This document shows, one piece after another, positions 35,934 to 45,016 of a stretch of 45,483 nucleotides of DNA (the stretch's first letter is position 1; each line of letters begins with the position of its first letter). Position numbers and translations under genes: made by a program. A model generated the notes under the pieces. It searched no databases, was not told the DNA's origin, and saw only the letters and a program-made list of their open reading frames with translations. Origin of the DNA: Planctomycetota bacterium (GTDB lineage: Bacteria > Planctomycetota > Planctomycetia > Pirellulales > UBA1268); NCBI GenBank assembly GCA_003670865.1, contig QWQJ01000070.1, forward strand, positions 1 through 45,483. Reading direction: 5' to 3'.

Positions 35934-36734
35934 ATGAGCAGTCTGATTCGAAACGCGGTTGGGACACTGGCTGCGCGGCTCAATTACTTTGCATCCAGAC
36001 GCACTCCCTACAGCCAGATTCGCTCCACAATGAACCTCTTGCGGCCGATGGACGCAGGCTACCCTTTGATTCGCATCGGGGGCGAGGGGGACGGCGGCTA
36101 TCTTCTGCCCGATGATCTGCTGGGAATACGGGCTTGTTTTTCCCCCGGTGTGGCCGAGCAGGCGACATTTGAAAAAGAGTTGCAGGGCCGCGGCATCACT
36201 CCCTATCTCGCCGACCATTCCGTCAACGGGCCGCCGACAGGCTGTACGGAGATGAGTTTTGAAAAAAAGTTTCTCGGCACCTATAACTCAGACATCTACA
36301 CGACGCTTGCCGCTTGGCTTGGCCGCCATCCCGACGCGTCCAATGGCGATCTTTTGCTCCAGATGGATATCGAGGGGGGTGAGTATGAAGTTCTTGCGAA
36401 CATCGACCCCGAACTCCTGCGGCGGTTTCGCATGATCGTGATCGAGTTTCATGATCTTGAGTGCCTGGCGCAGCCACTGTGCCACCGTCACATGCGCCAC
36501 GCACTGACAAAATTATCGTGTGACTTTATTCCCGTTCATCTTCATCCCAATAATTACGCCGGCATCGCTCAGATCGGACCGCTGCGTGTGCCTCGCATGA
36601 TGGAAATCACTTACCTGCGTCGCGACCGCTGCAAAACAATCTCACCTCGGTACGATTTTCCGCATCCCCAAGACCGCGACAATGTTCCCAATAAACCGCC
36701 TGCCCCACTGCCGCCGGAATGGTTTCAGTCTTGA
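35934..36734 (+). CDS. FkbM-family (Methyltransf_21-like) protein
   Basis: 266 aa. 'LLLQMDIEGGEYEVLANIDPELLRRFRMIVIEFHDL' matches the FkbM-type 'KiDiEGaE..vL....l.....i.iE.H' block, and the N-terminal segment reads 'IRIGGEGDGGYLLPDD'. The family call is moderate and the substrate is unknown. Confidence 0.6.
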   Translation: MSSLIRNAVGTLAARLNYFASRRTPYSQIRSTMNLLRPMDAGYPLIRIGGEGDGGYLLPDDLLGIRACFSPGVAEQATFEKELQGRGITPYLADHSVNGPPTGCTEMSFEKKFLGTYNSDIYTTLAAWLGRHPDASNGDLLLQMDIEGGEYEVLANIDPELLRRFRMIVIEFHDLECLAQPLCHRHMRHALTKLSCDFIPVHLHPNNYAGIAQIGPLRVPRMMEITYLRRDRCKTISPRYDFPHPQDRDNVPNKPPAPLPPEWFQS

Positions 36735-36900
36735 CAAACGCCTGAGAAAGTTTCTCTCATTTCCCGGTTGGGGCGTCCTTAGGTTGAGAATCCGACTCCG
36801 TTCTAGGAACATAGAGACCAGCGTGTGACAAAGCCCTCGCAAGGGTCTTGCCGCCCTTTCTGGTTCCCTTTCCTTTGATTCTTCCACGGACTGAAGCAGC

Positions 36901-38097
36901 ATGCTTGTCGAACGACTGAGTAAGACTTGGTTCAACCTCATTCACGGACGAAACATCGTCTACAACCAGTGCTGGGAGGATCCGCGACTCGATCGAGTGG
37001 CCTTGGAATTGACGCCTCAGGATCGCGTTGTTGTGATCACTTCTGCTGGGTGCAATGCGATTGATTACGCGCTGGCAGGCGCCGGGCATGTCCATGCTGT
37101 CGACATGAATCCTAAGCAGAATCACCTGCTCGATCTCAAACGAATTGGAGCTCAGCAACTCGACTACGACACCTTCTGGAAGCTGTTTGGAAAGGGCTGC
37201 CTGCCCGAGTGGAAAACGGTCTATCCGCAACTGCTGCGGCCCCACCTCGCCGCCGATGCCCGCGAGTTCTGGGATCGCAAGGGAAGTCTGTTTCGAGTGG
37301 GCAAACGAAAGTCATTTTATTTCCGCTGCACAAGTGGCACGTTTGCTTGGTTTGTCAATTATTACATCAATCGAATTGCCAAAATGCGGGACGCGGTCGA
37401 TGCGATTTTGGCTGCCAAGAATATCGAAGAGCAGCGACAACTTTTTAAAGATTACGATCTGGCAAAAACACTCTGGGTTCCGATCATCCGGTTTGCTATG
37501 CGTCGCGACATGACGCTCTCGATGCTGGGGGTTCCACCGGCTCAACGAAAGCAGATTGACGACGGCTATCCCGGCGGCATCATGCAGTTTGTGGTGGATC
37601 GCGTCGAAGCTGTCTTCACACAAATCCCACTGAAAGATAACTACGCGTGGCGTGTCTATCTGACCGGCGAATACTCGGCTGAAGCCTGCCCGGAATATCT
37701 CAAGCCAGGTAACTTTATCCGCCTAAAGGCTGGCCTAGCCAATCAGATTTCCTCGCACACAAACACGGTACAAGGCTTTCTGGAACAGTCCGAGCATGCC
37801 ATTTCACGACTCGTGCTCCTGGATCACATGGACTGGTTGTCGAAGGATCCCGCCAAAAAAGTCCTGACAGCGGAGTGGCAGGCCATCGTAGACAAGGCCT
37901 CGCCAAACGCTCGCGTGCTCTGGCGGAGTGCCGGACTCGACGGCACCTTCATCAACCCGATCGAAGTCAAGGTTCACGGCAAGAAAAAGAAACTCTCCGA
38001 CATCCTCCACTACAACCACCCTCTAGCCGAGGAACTGCATGCCAAAGACCGAGTGCACACCTATGGCAGTTTTTGTATCGCTGACATTCGTCAGTGA
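36901..38097 (+). CDS. DUF3419 protein (BtaA-like S-adenosylmethionine:diacylglycerol 3-amino-3-carboxypropyl transferase family)
   Basis: 398 aa. 'IVYNQCWEDPRLDRVALELTPQDRVVVITSAGCNAIDYAL' is the characteristic DUF3419/BtaA N-terminal block, and a C-terminal 'LLDHMDW' block is also present. Confidence 0.75.
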   Translation: MLVERLSKTWFNLIHGRNIVYNQCWEDPRLDRVALELTPQDRVVVITSAGCNAIDYALAGAGHVHAVDMNPKQNHLLDLKRIGAQQLDYDTFWKLFGKGCLPEWKTVYPQLLRPHLAADAREFWDRKGSLFRVGKRKSFYFRCTSGTFAWFVNYYINRIAKMRDAVDAILAAKNIEEQRQLFKDYDLAKTLWVPIIRFAMRRDMTLSMLGVPPAQRKQIDDGYPGGIMQFVVDRVEAVFTQIPLKDNYAWRVYLTGEYSAEACPEYLKPGNFIRLKAGLANQISSHTNTVQGFLEQSEHAISRLVLLDHMDWLSKDPAKKVLTAEWQAIVDKASPNARVLWRSAGLDGTFINPIEVKVHGKKKKLSDILHYNHPLAEELHAKDRVHTYGSFCIADIRQ

Positions 38098-38130
38098 CGC
38101 AGGTGGGGTTGGCTGCAAAAAAACACGGCA

Positions 38131-40428
38131 TCAGACCAGCCCCCAGCGTTTCCGTAAAAACCATTCGCTGCACAAACAAGCGGCTAAGAGTAAAAACATC
38201 GGCCACTTGTCCCACGGAGTGTACGACCACTGCTCCAGTGTCTCAAAGCCTGCTGGTTTTTGGCCGATCTCCGCAAAAATATCGGCCAGCTCTTCGGGCG
38301 AACGCACGGCTCCGGGCGTTGCTTCAGCCAACTGCCGCATCAAAAGCGGATTCGCGCGGGGGTTAGCGAGTTCTAGATCCTGACGAAAAACCGTAAACCT
38401 CGCTGACTTTTCCAGCCGTTCATTGCTCCGCGGCCGAGTCGCCTTGACGATCAACTTCCAATCACCGGGATCAGCACAGTCTGTCAGCAAACCCGAAAAG
38501 GTTTCTCCTTTTTGAGCCAAGCGCACCGGCCGCGATTGACCTGATGGGGAGATGACAACCGCTTCCATACCAACATTCACAAGCGCCGTTCCGTCGGGAT
38601 TTGTCAGACCACTATCAAATTCCAGGAGCGTGCCGGGGGAGAGGCGTCGCTGCGAAAGCCGCACCCACAGCGAGTCCTTTTCCTGATCGTCCTGTCTGGC
38701 CAGCCAGAGCACCATCTGTCTCCAAAATCGGCGATGCTGTTCACCCGCTCCCTGCATCACCCACTTCCATGTTGAGTCAGGGGCGAACGCCAGCACGCGG
38801 CCCCCGCCAAACTCTCGGGCTACTAGGAGTGGCTGGCCCTCTGCCGACACTGCCAGCGGCTTGGCTGAGAGGGCCAAGCGGCCCAGATCGTTGGCTCCGT
38901 CCAGCGGTGATAGCGCCTGCCACGCCGCCTGCGTCTCCTGATCGGTCTTGCCTAGTCGTAAAATTGAGACTCCGCCAAACCGTCGGTCTGGTACGACTTT
39001 CAGCGGCCCTCTTAGGTGCAGTCCCTCGCGGATAGGCTCGCCAAAGGCCTGCCTTGCCAGCCGGTCAGTTTCAAACGGTAACAGCGGCGCTAGCGCAGAA
39101 CTTCCCCAGCCTCCTGCCTCAAAGGAATGGAATCCACCCAGTAAGCCAATCCCACTGCCGGCCTGAACCTTCGCCACAATGGCCTGCAAGTCCGCTCCTT
39201 CCAGGCTTGAAGAATCAAGATCACCAATCAAAAAGACATTGTAATTGCTGGCCAGCGTACGGCTTAGATCGAGGGGCCATTTGGCCCGCTTGCTCGAATC
39301 AATCCATTGAAAATCAACCTGCATGTCGGGGCTGGCCGAAAGCACGCGACGCAAAAATCGTTGCTCTACTCGCAGTGCCCCCTCCAGGTAAAGCACCCGC
39401 AGTCCACCGTCGATGACTTCGACAAATGTTGAGAGTTCATTGTTAGTGACAACCACCTCTCCCTCTTGAGTCTCCACCAACAGCGATAGTTTTCGCTCCC
39501 CAAGACTCTGGGGAGTCCATGCCAACTGCACCGATTCTTCCAGCCCCTGCGGACTACCGCGAACCGTTGTGCGGGCCACCTCATCCATGCCGCCTGAGTC
39601 GTTTTCAGCCAGCAATTTTACAACCGCCTGCCGATCGGCCAGACCATCCAATCGCACTCGCCCGGAAATCTCTAGGGAATTTTTAAGGTAGACGGTTTCG
39701 CCCACCGAAAGATTGATGATCGATGCGTCGCGGCCCTGCCCTGCCGCACGCTGCTGGCCAAAGGTGATGCTCCACAGCGGCACGGCCATGTCACCGAGCT
39801 TGCGAGCGGCCGCCTGAGGGGGTAGGTCTCGTGGCGAATAGGCGTGCTGGGCACCGTCGCTGAGCACGATGATCCCGGCCAGATTCTTGCCGGCGCTTGC
39901 TCGCGTGCTGTCGTCGATGGCCGCGCCGATCGCCGTTTCGTCGCTCGTGGCGAGACTTTTCCAAGACCCGAGTGGAAAAGGATCTTCTGGCTGGGCGGTA
40001 ACGCTTTGCATCTCCCGATCAAATCGCCAAGCAGCGATTGTAAAATTGCCGTCGGCCACTAGCGCGTTGGCCGCTGGCGTGGCAGCAGACAGAGCCGCTT
40101 GTAACTCCTGCCAACGCGTGCGACCGTTTGGCCCATCGGCCACCGACATGCTCTCAGAGGCATCGGCTAACAGAATCACTGTAGCCTGCTGCCTGGCTTT
40201 CTTGGTCGATACAAATGTCGGCCGCAACAGACAAATCACAATCGCCACAAAGGCAAGTAATCGCAGCAGCACAAGCGTCGTCACCCTGGCCCCCGACACT
40301 CGCGACCGATCCGGACCCACTGCAAAGAGCACGACCCCGAGCACAGCGGCCACCACGGCAACAAACGGCCAGGAACCAACGGCATCGATGTGCATTGAAA
40401 AGTCATCGAGCGAGGTGACGGCAATCAT
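38131..40428 (-). CDS. membrane protein with vWA-like and GATase1-like domains (BatB/DUF-type partner of the MoxR operon)
   Basis: 765 aa. After the N-terminal TM helices comes the MIDAS-like 'VILLADASESMSVAD'. A mid-protein segment, 'YNVFLIGDLDSSSLEGADLQAIVAKVQAGSGIGLLGG', is GATase1-like. The C-terminal TM region is 'MFLLLAACLCSEWFLRKRWGLV'. The ATG overlaps the upstream stop as ATGA at 40425-40428. Confidence 0.7.
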   Translation of the reverse strand: MIAVTSLDDFSMHIDAVGSWPFVAVVAAVLGVVLFAVGPDRSRVSGARVTTLVLLRLLAFVAIVICLLRPTFVSTKKARQQATVILLADASESMSVADGPNGRTRWQELQAALSAATPAANALVADGNFTIAAWRFDREMQSVTAQPEDPFPLGSWKSLATSDETAIGAAIDDSTRASAGKNLAGIIVLSDGAQHAYSPRDLPPQAAARKLGDMAVPLWSITFGQQRAAGQGRDASIINLSVGETVYLKNSLEISGRVRLDGLADRQAVVKLLAENDSGGMDEVARTTVRGSPQGLEESVQLAWTPQSLGERKLSLLVETQEGEVVVTNNELSTFVEVIDGGLRVLYLEGALRVEQRFLRRVLSASPDMQVDFQWIDSSKRAKWPLDLSRTLASNYNVFLIGDLDSSSLEGADLQAIVAKVQAGSGIGLLGGFHSFEAGGWGSSALAPLLPFETDRLARQAFGEPIREGLHLRGPLKVVPDRRFGGVSILRLGKTDQETQAAWQALSPLDGANDLGRLALSAKPLAVSAEGQPLLVAREFGGGRVLAFAPDSTWKWVMQGAGEQHRRFWRQMVLWLARQDDQEKDSLWVRLSQRRLSPGTLLEFDSGLTNPDGTALVNVGMEAVVISPSGQSRPVRLAQKGETFSGLLTDCADPGDWKLIVKATRPRSNERLEKSARFTVFRQDLELANPRANPLLMRQLAEATPGAVRSPEELADIFAEIGQKPAGFETLEQWSYTPWDKWPMFLLLAACLCSEWFLRKRWGLV

Positions 40429-42782
40429 GCGTCTGCCTCCTGCCGATTTATCTTTTTGCGCTTCAACGGCACCGGCGGCGGGACTCCTGCGCCGCGAGGT
40501 ACCGCCTGATCGCTCGACTCTAAAGAATCAGTCGGTGGATTCCCCGTCTGCATGGCTTCAGCAAATGTGGCTGCGGTGCTTGACTCGGCCGAGGCTTTGT
40601 CGCGGGGAGTATAAAAACGATTGGCCACGATCCAGTCGCCCGCCATCACTAGCGCCACAAGCACGATAGTCCAGCCGTAGAGTTCCGCACCAATGCGTTC
40701 CAAATTGACATCGCGAACCAAATCCACTTCGCTACGGGCCAGTCGATGACCCTCACCAAACAGGGCCGCCAGCGTTTCCGGAGCGAGGTGTTTATAGTCT
40801 GTTGCGGCCGGAGCAAGGTTTGCGCTAAATCCCTCCGCAACGCCTCCCACATCGCCGCCTGAGCGGATGCAATAGTTGCCCGGTTCGGCTGTGGCCGTGA
40901 CGCTGATCGTGCCCCGCTTCTGATCGACTGCGGTAGGAAAATCGTCCCCTGCTGGCGTGTGCACAAAAGCCGTAGGCACGTCGCGGCGATCCAGATGGAG
41001 AACCGCCGGTTCTCCGGCCACAATGTTGCGGTCGTCGGCCGTGTCGATGGCGTGCAGCAGCGTCTCATTGGCAAGCATCACAAAGGGCCAAGGCTCAAAA
41101 CCACTGGCAAGCGTGTTCCACGCATCAGGATCGCCGGCCGCTTGCGAAGCGGGCGTTGTAATAATCACAACATTTCCCTGACCCACGCGGTGCTCCAGCA
41201 AAGCGGGCAGGCCGTTGCGATACGCAGCCACCACGCTGGCACCACTTAGGTTTTCCACGGTTTCGGCTGGCTGAGCGGCGGGAATCTCACGAGATTCACC
41301 CTCGGCCCGCTCAAACTCCCAGTGGCGTTCAACCGGAAAATCCTGCCACGGCACCGCATCTCCAACTCGGCGAAAGGCGGCCAAGATCGGATGGTCCAGC
41401 GACAGTGGGGACAAAAAATTTCGGCCGTCGGGACTCCGCCAGACCCGCACGATACGCCCCCCCAAAACTTTTTGCGAGGCCTCTGAATTAAATTTCGCGG
41501 GATCACCAGCCCGTGGCCCCAGCCAGATGACCAACCCACGGCCCTGGGCCAGCCACTGCCCCAGCAATTCCCAGACGCGCGGCTCCAAGGGCGGCGGATC
41601 AACAAGCACAATGCCTTGAACGCCGTCCCAGGAGGTTGTATCCAGCTTGGCACTATCGATGAGCGTGGCATCAAACCTCGCCCTGCCCGCCTTCTTCAGC
41701 GCCGTTGGCGCGATTGCCTGCGATAAAAAAAGCCCCGTGCGTGAGGCCGGAGTCGGCGCCGCCACCAGCACGCGGGCCGGCGATCCCACGCTCACTGTGA
41801 ACGATCGCAGGTTATCGGCTTCGAGATCGTCTGCCCCGTCAATCACAACTCGACCTTGCCGCACACCCGGCAAAAGCCCTACAATTTCAAAGTCAACCTG
41901 TCCGCTGACACCTTCTTTCCAGAGCAGCGGCTTGATGGCTCGCCTGGCGTAATGGCCATCGGCTGCCAGCATTTCAACCGCGACGCCGCGGCTCGTGTCG
42001 GGCCCCGTTCGGCTGGTGTTGGCCACGATCGAAAGCGGCATTCCGACAGCCAGCGACTCACTGGAAAGATCAATCGTATCAAGTGCAAAGTTTTGCGGAG
42101 CAGTCGCCGCCACGTCGATGTAAAGTAGGCTGGTCTCAGGATGGGCGGTCGCCATGTCTGGCGGCACTGGCCCATTCCATTCGCCCTGAGAACAATCGGT
42201 AAACACATACATTTCGTGCCGGACGAGCTTTGATCCATCCAGCACCCTGAGTCCCTCGGCCATCGCGGCCGACAGCGACATCGCTGGCGTGGCAGCGGCC
42301 AAGCGGTCGATACGCGTGGCGGCAGCAGCAATCGTGGGAGCAAAGGCCGCAGGACTTCCGGCTGTGTCGAGTACGGCCACTTTGCTCAGTGGCGGCAGCT
42401 TTTCAAAGAGCACGCGGGCCATCACTGCGGCCTGTTCCAGACGCGTGCGGTTGGCCTCGCGGAGCAACATTCTCGGCGAGGTGTCAAAGATAAACGCCGC
42501 CGCTACCGGCCCCTCTCCATCGGCCAGCCACCCAGCCCCACGCAGCACCGGCCGGGCCAGTGCAAGCGCCAAGAGCAGGATCGCTGCCATCCGTAATAAG
42601 AGCAGCAGCAGGTGGCTGAGTCGTAGTCGCCGGCGGTTGGCCACCGATTTCTCCCGCAAAAATCGTAGCGCGGGAAAGTCTCGCTTCACAGGCTTGCGCC
42701 GCATGATCAAGTGCAGCGCGATCGGCACGGCGACAAGCGCCGCCCCGCCGAGCAGCATCGGGGTCAAAAACGAAAGGACCAT
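40425..42782 (-). CDS. BatA_N (aerotolerance-regulator N-terminal) domain membrane protein, enlarged
   Basis: 785 aa. 'FLTPMLLGGAALVAVPIALHLIMRRKPVKRDFPALRFL' is the BatA N-terminal signature. A vWA-like 'AAFIFDTSPRM' follows, then 'GIVLVDPPPL...GRGLVIWLGP', and there is a C-terminal TM helix. Confidence 0.75.
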   Translation of the reverse strand: MVLSFLTPMLLGGAALVAVPIALHLIMRRKPVKRDFPALRFLREKSVANRRRLRLSHLLLLLLRMAAILLLALALARPVLRGAGWLADGEGPVAAAFIFDTSPRMLLREANRTRLEQAAVMARVLFEKLPPLSKVAVLDTAGSPAAFAPTIAAAATRIDRLAAATPAMSLSAAMAEGLRVLDGSKLVRHEMYVFTDCSQGEWNGPVPPDMATAHPETSLLYIDVAATAPQNFALDTIDLSSESLAVGMPLSIVANTSRTGPDTSRGVAVEMLAADGHYARRAIKPLLWKEGVSGQVDFEIVGLLPGVRQGRVVIDGADDLEADNLRSFTVSVGSPARVLVAAPTPASRTGLFLSQAIAPTALKKAGRARFDATLIDSAKLDTTSWDGVQGIVLVDPPPLEPRVWELLGQWLAQGRGLVIWLGPRAGDPAKFNSEASQKVLGGRIVRVWRSPDGRNFLSPLSLDHPILAAFRRVGDAVPWQDFPVERHWEFERAEGESREIPAAQPAETVENLSGASVVAAYRNGLPALLEHRVGQGNVVIITTPASQAAGDPDAWNTLASGFEPWPFVMLANETLLHAIDTADDRNIVAGEPAVLHLDRRDVPTAFVHTPAGDDFPTAVDQKRGTISVTATAEPGNYCIRSGGDVGGVAEGFSANLAPAATDYKHLAPETLAALFGEGHRLARSEVDLVRDVNLERIGAELYGWTIVLVALVMAGDWIVANRFYTPRDKASAESSTAATFAEAMQTGNPPTDSLESSDQAVPRGAGVPPPVPLKRKKINRQEADA

Positions 42783-42813
42783 GAACTTTTTTTAGCACTT
42801 GCTGTGTGGTGCG

Positions 42814-43713
42814 TCAGAATCGATTGCGACGACTGACGAGATATTCCATCAGGGCACGGTCAAACTGCATGCTTGTGTCGAGGGGTACGTAGTCGATTCC
42901 TCCGTGAAAGCAAAATGTTCGGTAGTCTTCCCGAAAGGCCTGCACGCTTGCCACATACTGACGCCGGGCGGCATCGGCATCGATCACAAGACGGTCCTGC
43001 GTTTCTGGGTCAGTGAAGTCGACCATCCCGTCAAATGGAAATTTCACTTCTGCCTCATCCAGAATATGAAACACAATCACATCGTGGCCGCGGTGTCGAA
43101 GTCGCAGCAGGGCGTCTCGAATCGGCTCGGGGTCAGCGAGCAGATCACTGAAAATCATCAACAGCGACCGGTGCCGCAGCATCGCCGCCGCTTGCACAAG
43201 GCTTTTACCAATATCGGTTTTCCCTGATGGCTTGACTTTGGAAAGGATGGAGAGCACCTGCGCAATCTGCGATCGCTTCGAGCGAGCCGGCAGGCTGGCG
43301 TGCAGTTTTTCATCAAACACCATCAGCCCGCAGGGGTCCTGCTGGTGAACCATCAACCAGCAAAGCGCTGCTGCCAATGAGATTGAGTAGTCGAGCTTGG
43401 TGACTTGCTGCTGGTAGGTGTAGGCCATCGAAGCGCTTGTATCGATCACCAGATAGCCAGTGATATTTGTCTCCGCCTCAAACTTTTTGACATAGTGCTT
43501 GTCGGTCTTAGCGTAGACCAGCCAGTCGATGTCTTTGGGATCATCGCCCTGGGTGTAGCGGCGGTGCTCGCTAAACTCGACCGAAAAGCCCTGGTAGGGA
43601 CTGGCGTGCAAGCCCTGTAAAAAGCCCCGCACGATGAACTGGGCGCGCAAGTCCAGCCTCGCGATCTGCCGCACCACTTCCGGCTTCAGATATTCCTCGA
43701 CCGCGCGGACCAT
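42814..43713 (-). CDS. DUF58 protein (vWA-like MoxR partner)
   Basis: 299 aa. It has the DUF58 signature 'FSEHRRYTQGDDPKDIDW' and 'YLVIDTSASM'. It starts 9 nt after the moxR stop. Confidence 0.85.
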   Translation of the reverse strand: MVRAVEEYLKPEVVRQIARLDLRAQFIVRGFLQGLHASPYQGFSVEFSEHRRYTQGDDPKDIDWLVYAKTDKHYVKKFEAETNITGYLVIDTSASMAYTYQQQVTKLDYSISLAAALCWLMVHQQDPCGLMVFDEKLHASLPARSKRSQIAQVLSILSKVKPSGKTDIGKSLVQAAAMLRHRSLLMIFSDLLADPEPIRDALLRLRHRGHDVIVFHILDEAEVKFPFDGMVDFTDPETQDRLVIDADAARRQYVASVQAFREDYRTFCFHGGIDYVPLDTSMQFDRALMEYLVSRRNRF

Positions 43714-43722
43714 GCGTCCCTC

Positions 43723-44748
43723 TCACTTCACCAGCTTGGGAATCTCTGGTTCAGGAATCTCTCGTACCAATCGCTCCACGATCGATTCACTTGTCAGCCC
43801 GTCGGCCTGCGCCTGAAAATTTGTGGCGATGCGGTGACGGAGCACCGGCACGGCAATCCGGCGAATGTCATCCAGAGAGACACTAAATCGGCCGTCCATT
43901 GCCGCCATCGCCTTACCCCCCTGAATCAAGAATTGGCCCGCCCGAGGCCCAGCGCCCCAGTCCACCAATTCGGTCACATAGGCTGGCGCTTGCGCATCTT
44001 TTGGTCGCGTCGCACGCACGAGCCTAGCCACATACTTAACGATGTATTCGCTCACCGCCACGCTGCCGACCAGCTTTTGAATATTGACAATCGCCCGGCC
44101 GGAAAGCACCTTCCGCACCTCGGGCTTTTCCGATCGGGTGGTCGCCATCAATATTTGCTCCTCCTCCGGAGCCGTCGGATAGCCAACTTTGATGTTAAAC
44201 ATAAAGCGGTCGAGCTGTGCTTCTGGCAGAGGATAGGTGCCCTCCTGCTCGATCGGATTCTGCGTTGCAATCGTAAAAAATGGGTCCGGTAGACTATAGG
44301 TTTCTTGTCCCACAGAAACCTCTCGCTCCTGCATTGCCTGTAAGAGAGCTGCCTGTGTCTTGGGGGGGGTGCGGTTGATCTCATCGGCCAAGAGGATGTT
44401 GGTGAAGATCGGGCCTTCCACAAAGCGAAAGCTGCGGCGGCCGGTATCGTCTTCTTCCAGCACGTTGGTGCCCGTGATATCCGAGGGCATCAGGTCGGGC
44501 GTAAACTGGACTCGTTTAAAGCCAACATCCAAAATCTTGGCCAGCGTCGAAACCATCAATGTCTTCGCCAGCCCGGGCACGCCCTCCAGAAGGCAATGAC
44601 CGCGAGTAAAAATCGCGGCGAAGAGCTGCTCGATCACTTCGTTTTGCCCGATAATCACCTTTTGCAGTTCCTCCTGCATTGCCTTTCGGTGCTGGGCGAA
44701 TTCCTGCAAAATGTCGTCGAGCGTCTTGGTGCGAGGAGCTGTAGACAC
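43723..44748 (-). CDS. MoxR-family AAA+ ATPase
   Basis: 341 aa. Walker A is 'LLEGVPGLAKT', Walker B is 'ILLADEINRTPPKTQAALLQAMQE', and 'FFTIATQNPIEQEGTYPLPEAQLDRF' is present. The start codon at 44748 is GTG, and there is no in-frame ATG near it. Confidence 0.9.
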   Translation of the reverse strand: MSTAPRTKTLDDILQEFAQHRKAMQEELQKVIIGQNEVIEQLFAAIFTRGHCLLEGVPGLAKTLMVSTLAKILDVGFKRVQFTPDLMPSDITGTNVLEEDDTGRRSFRFVEGPIFTNILLADEINRTPPKTQAALLQAMQEREVSVGQETYSLPDPFFTIATQNPIEQEGTYPLPEAQLDRFMFNIKVGYPTAPEEEQILMATTRSEKPEVRKVLSGRAIVNIQKLVGSVAVSEYIVKYVARLVRATRPKDAQAPAYVTELVDWGAGPRAGQFLIQGGKAMAAMDGRFSVSLDDIRRIAVPVLRHRIATNFQAQADGLTSESIVERLVREIPEPEIPKLVK

Positions 44749-45016
44749 TGCTGTGATCCTTCCTTCTATATAGCCGTACTATGCTTAAGTCTACTTCTTT
44801 CATCCGTTTTTGGCCGACCAGTAAGTATTGACTGCCATCCTCCACGCAGCAAACGGGGGCGGCCGATCAGGCTTTAGGAGTACGAATGCCGCACTCCTGC
44901 AGCGTGGTTGACGGCTACACTACAGTTCTCACGGAAAAGCTTTTTCTTTCGGATCTTTTGCGGCTGCTAGCATCTAAAGCGAGCACTCGGTTGCTTACCC
45001 TGCTCTGAGGCCTCTC

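Noticed and set aside
38105-38143. Hairpin GGGGTTGG-N23-CCAGCCCC between the convergent DUF3419 and vWA genes, considered as a bidirectional terminator
   Set aside because: The loop is 23 nt, there is one wobble pair and no T-run, and the 3' arm overlaps the coding end of the vWA gene. It is too weak to annotate.
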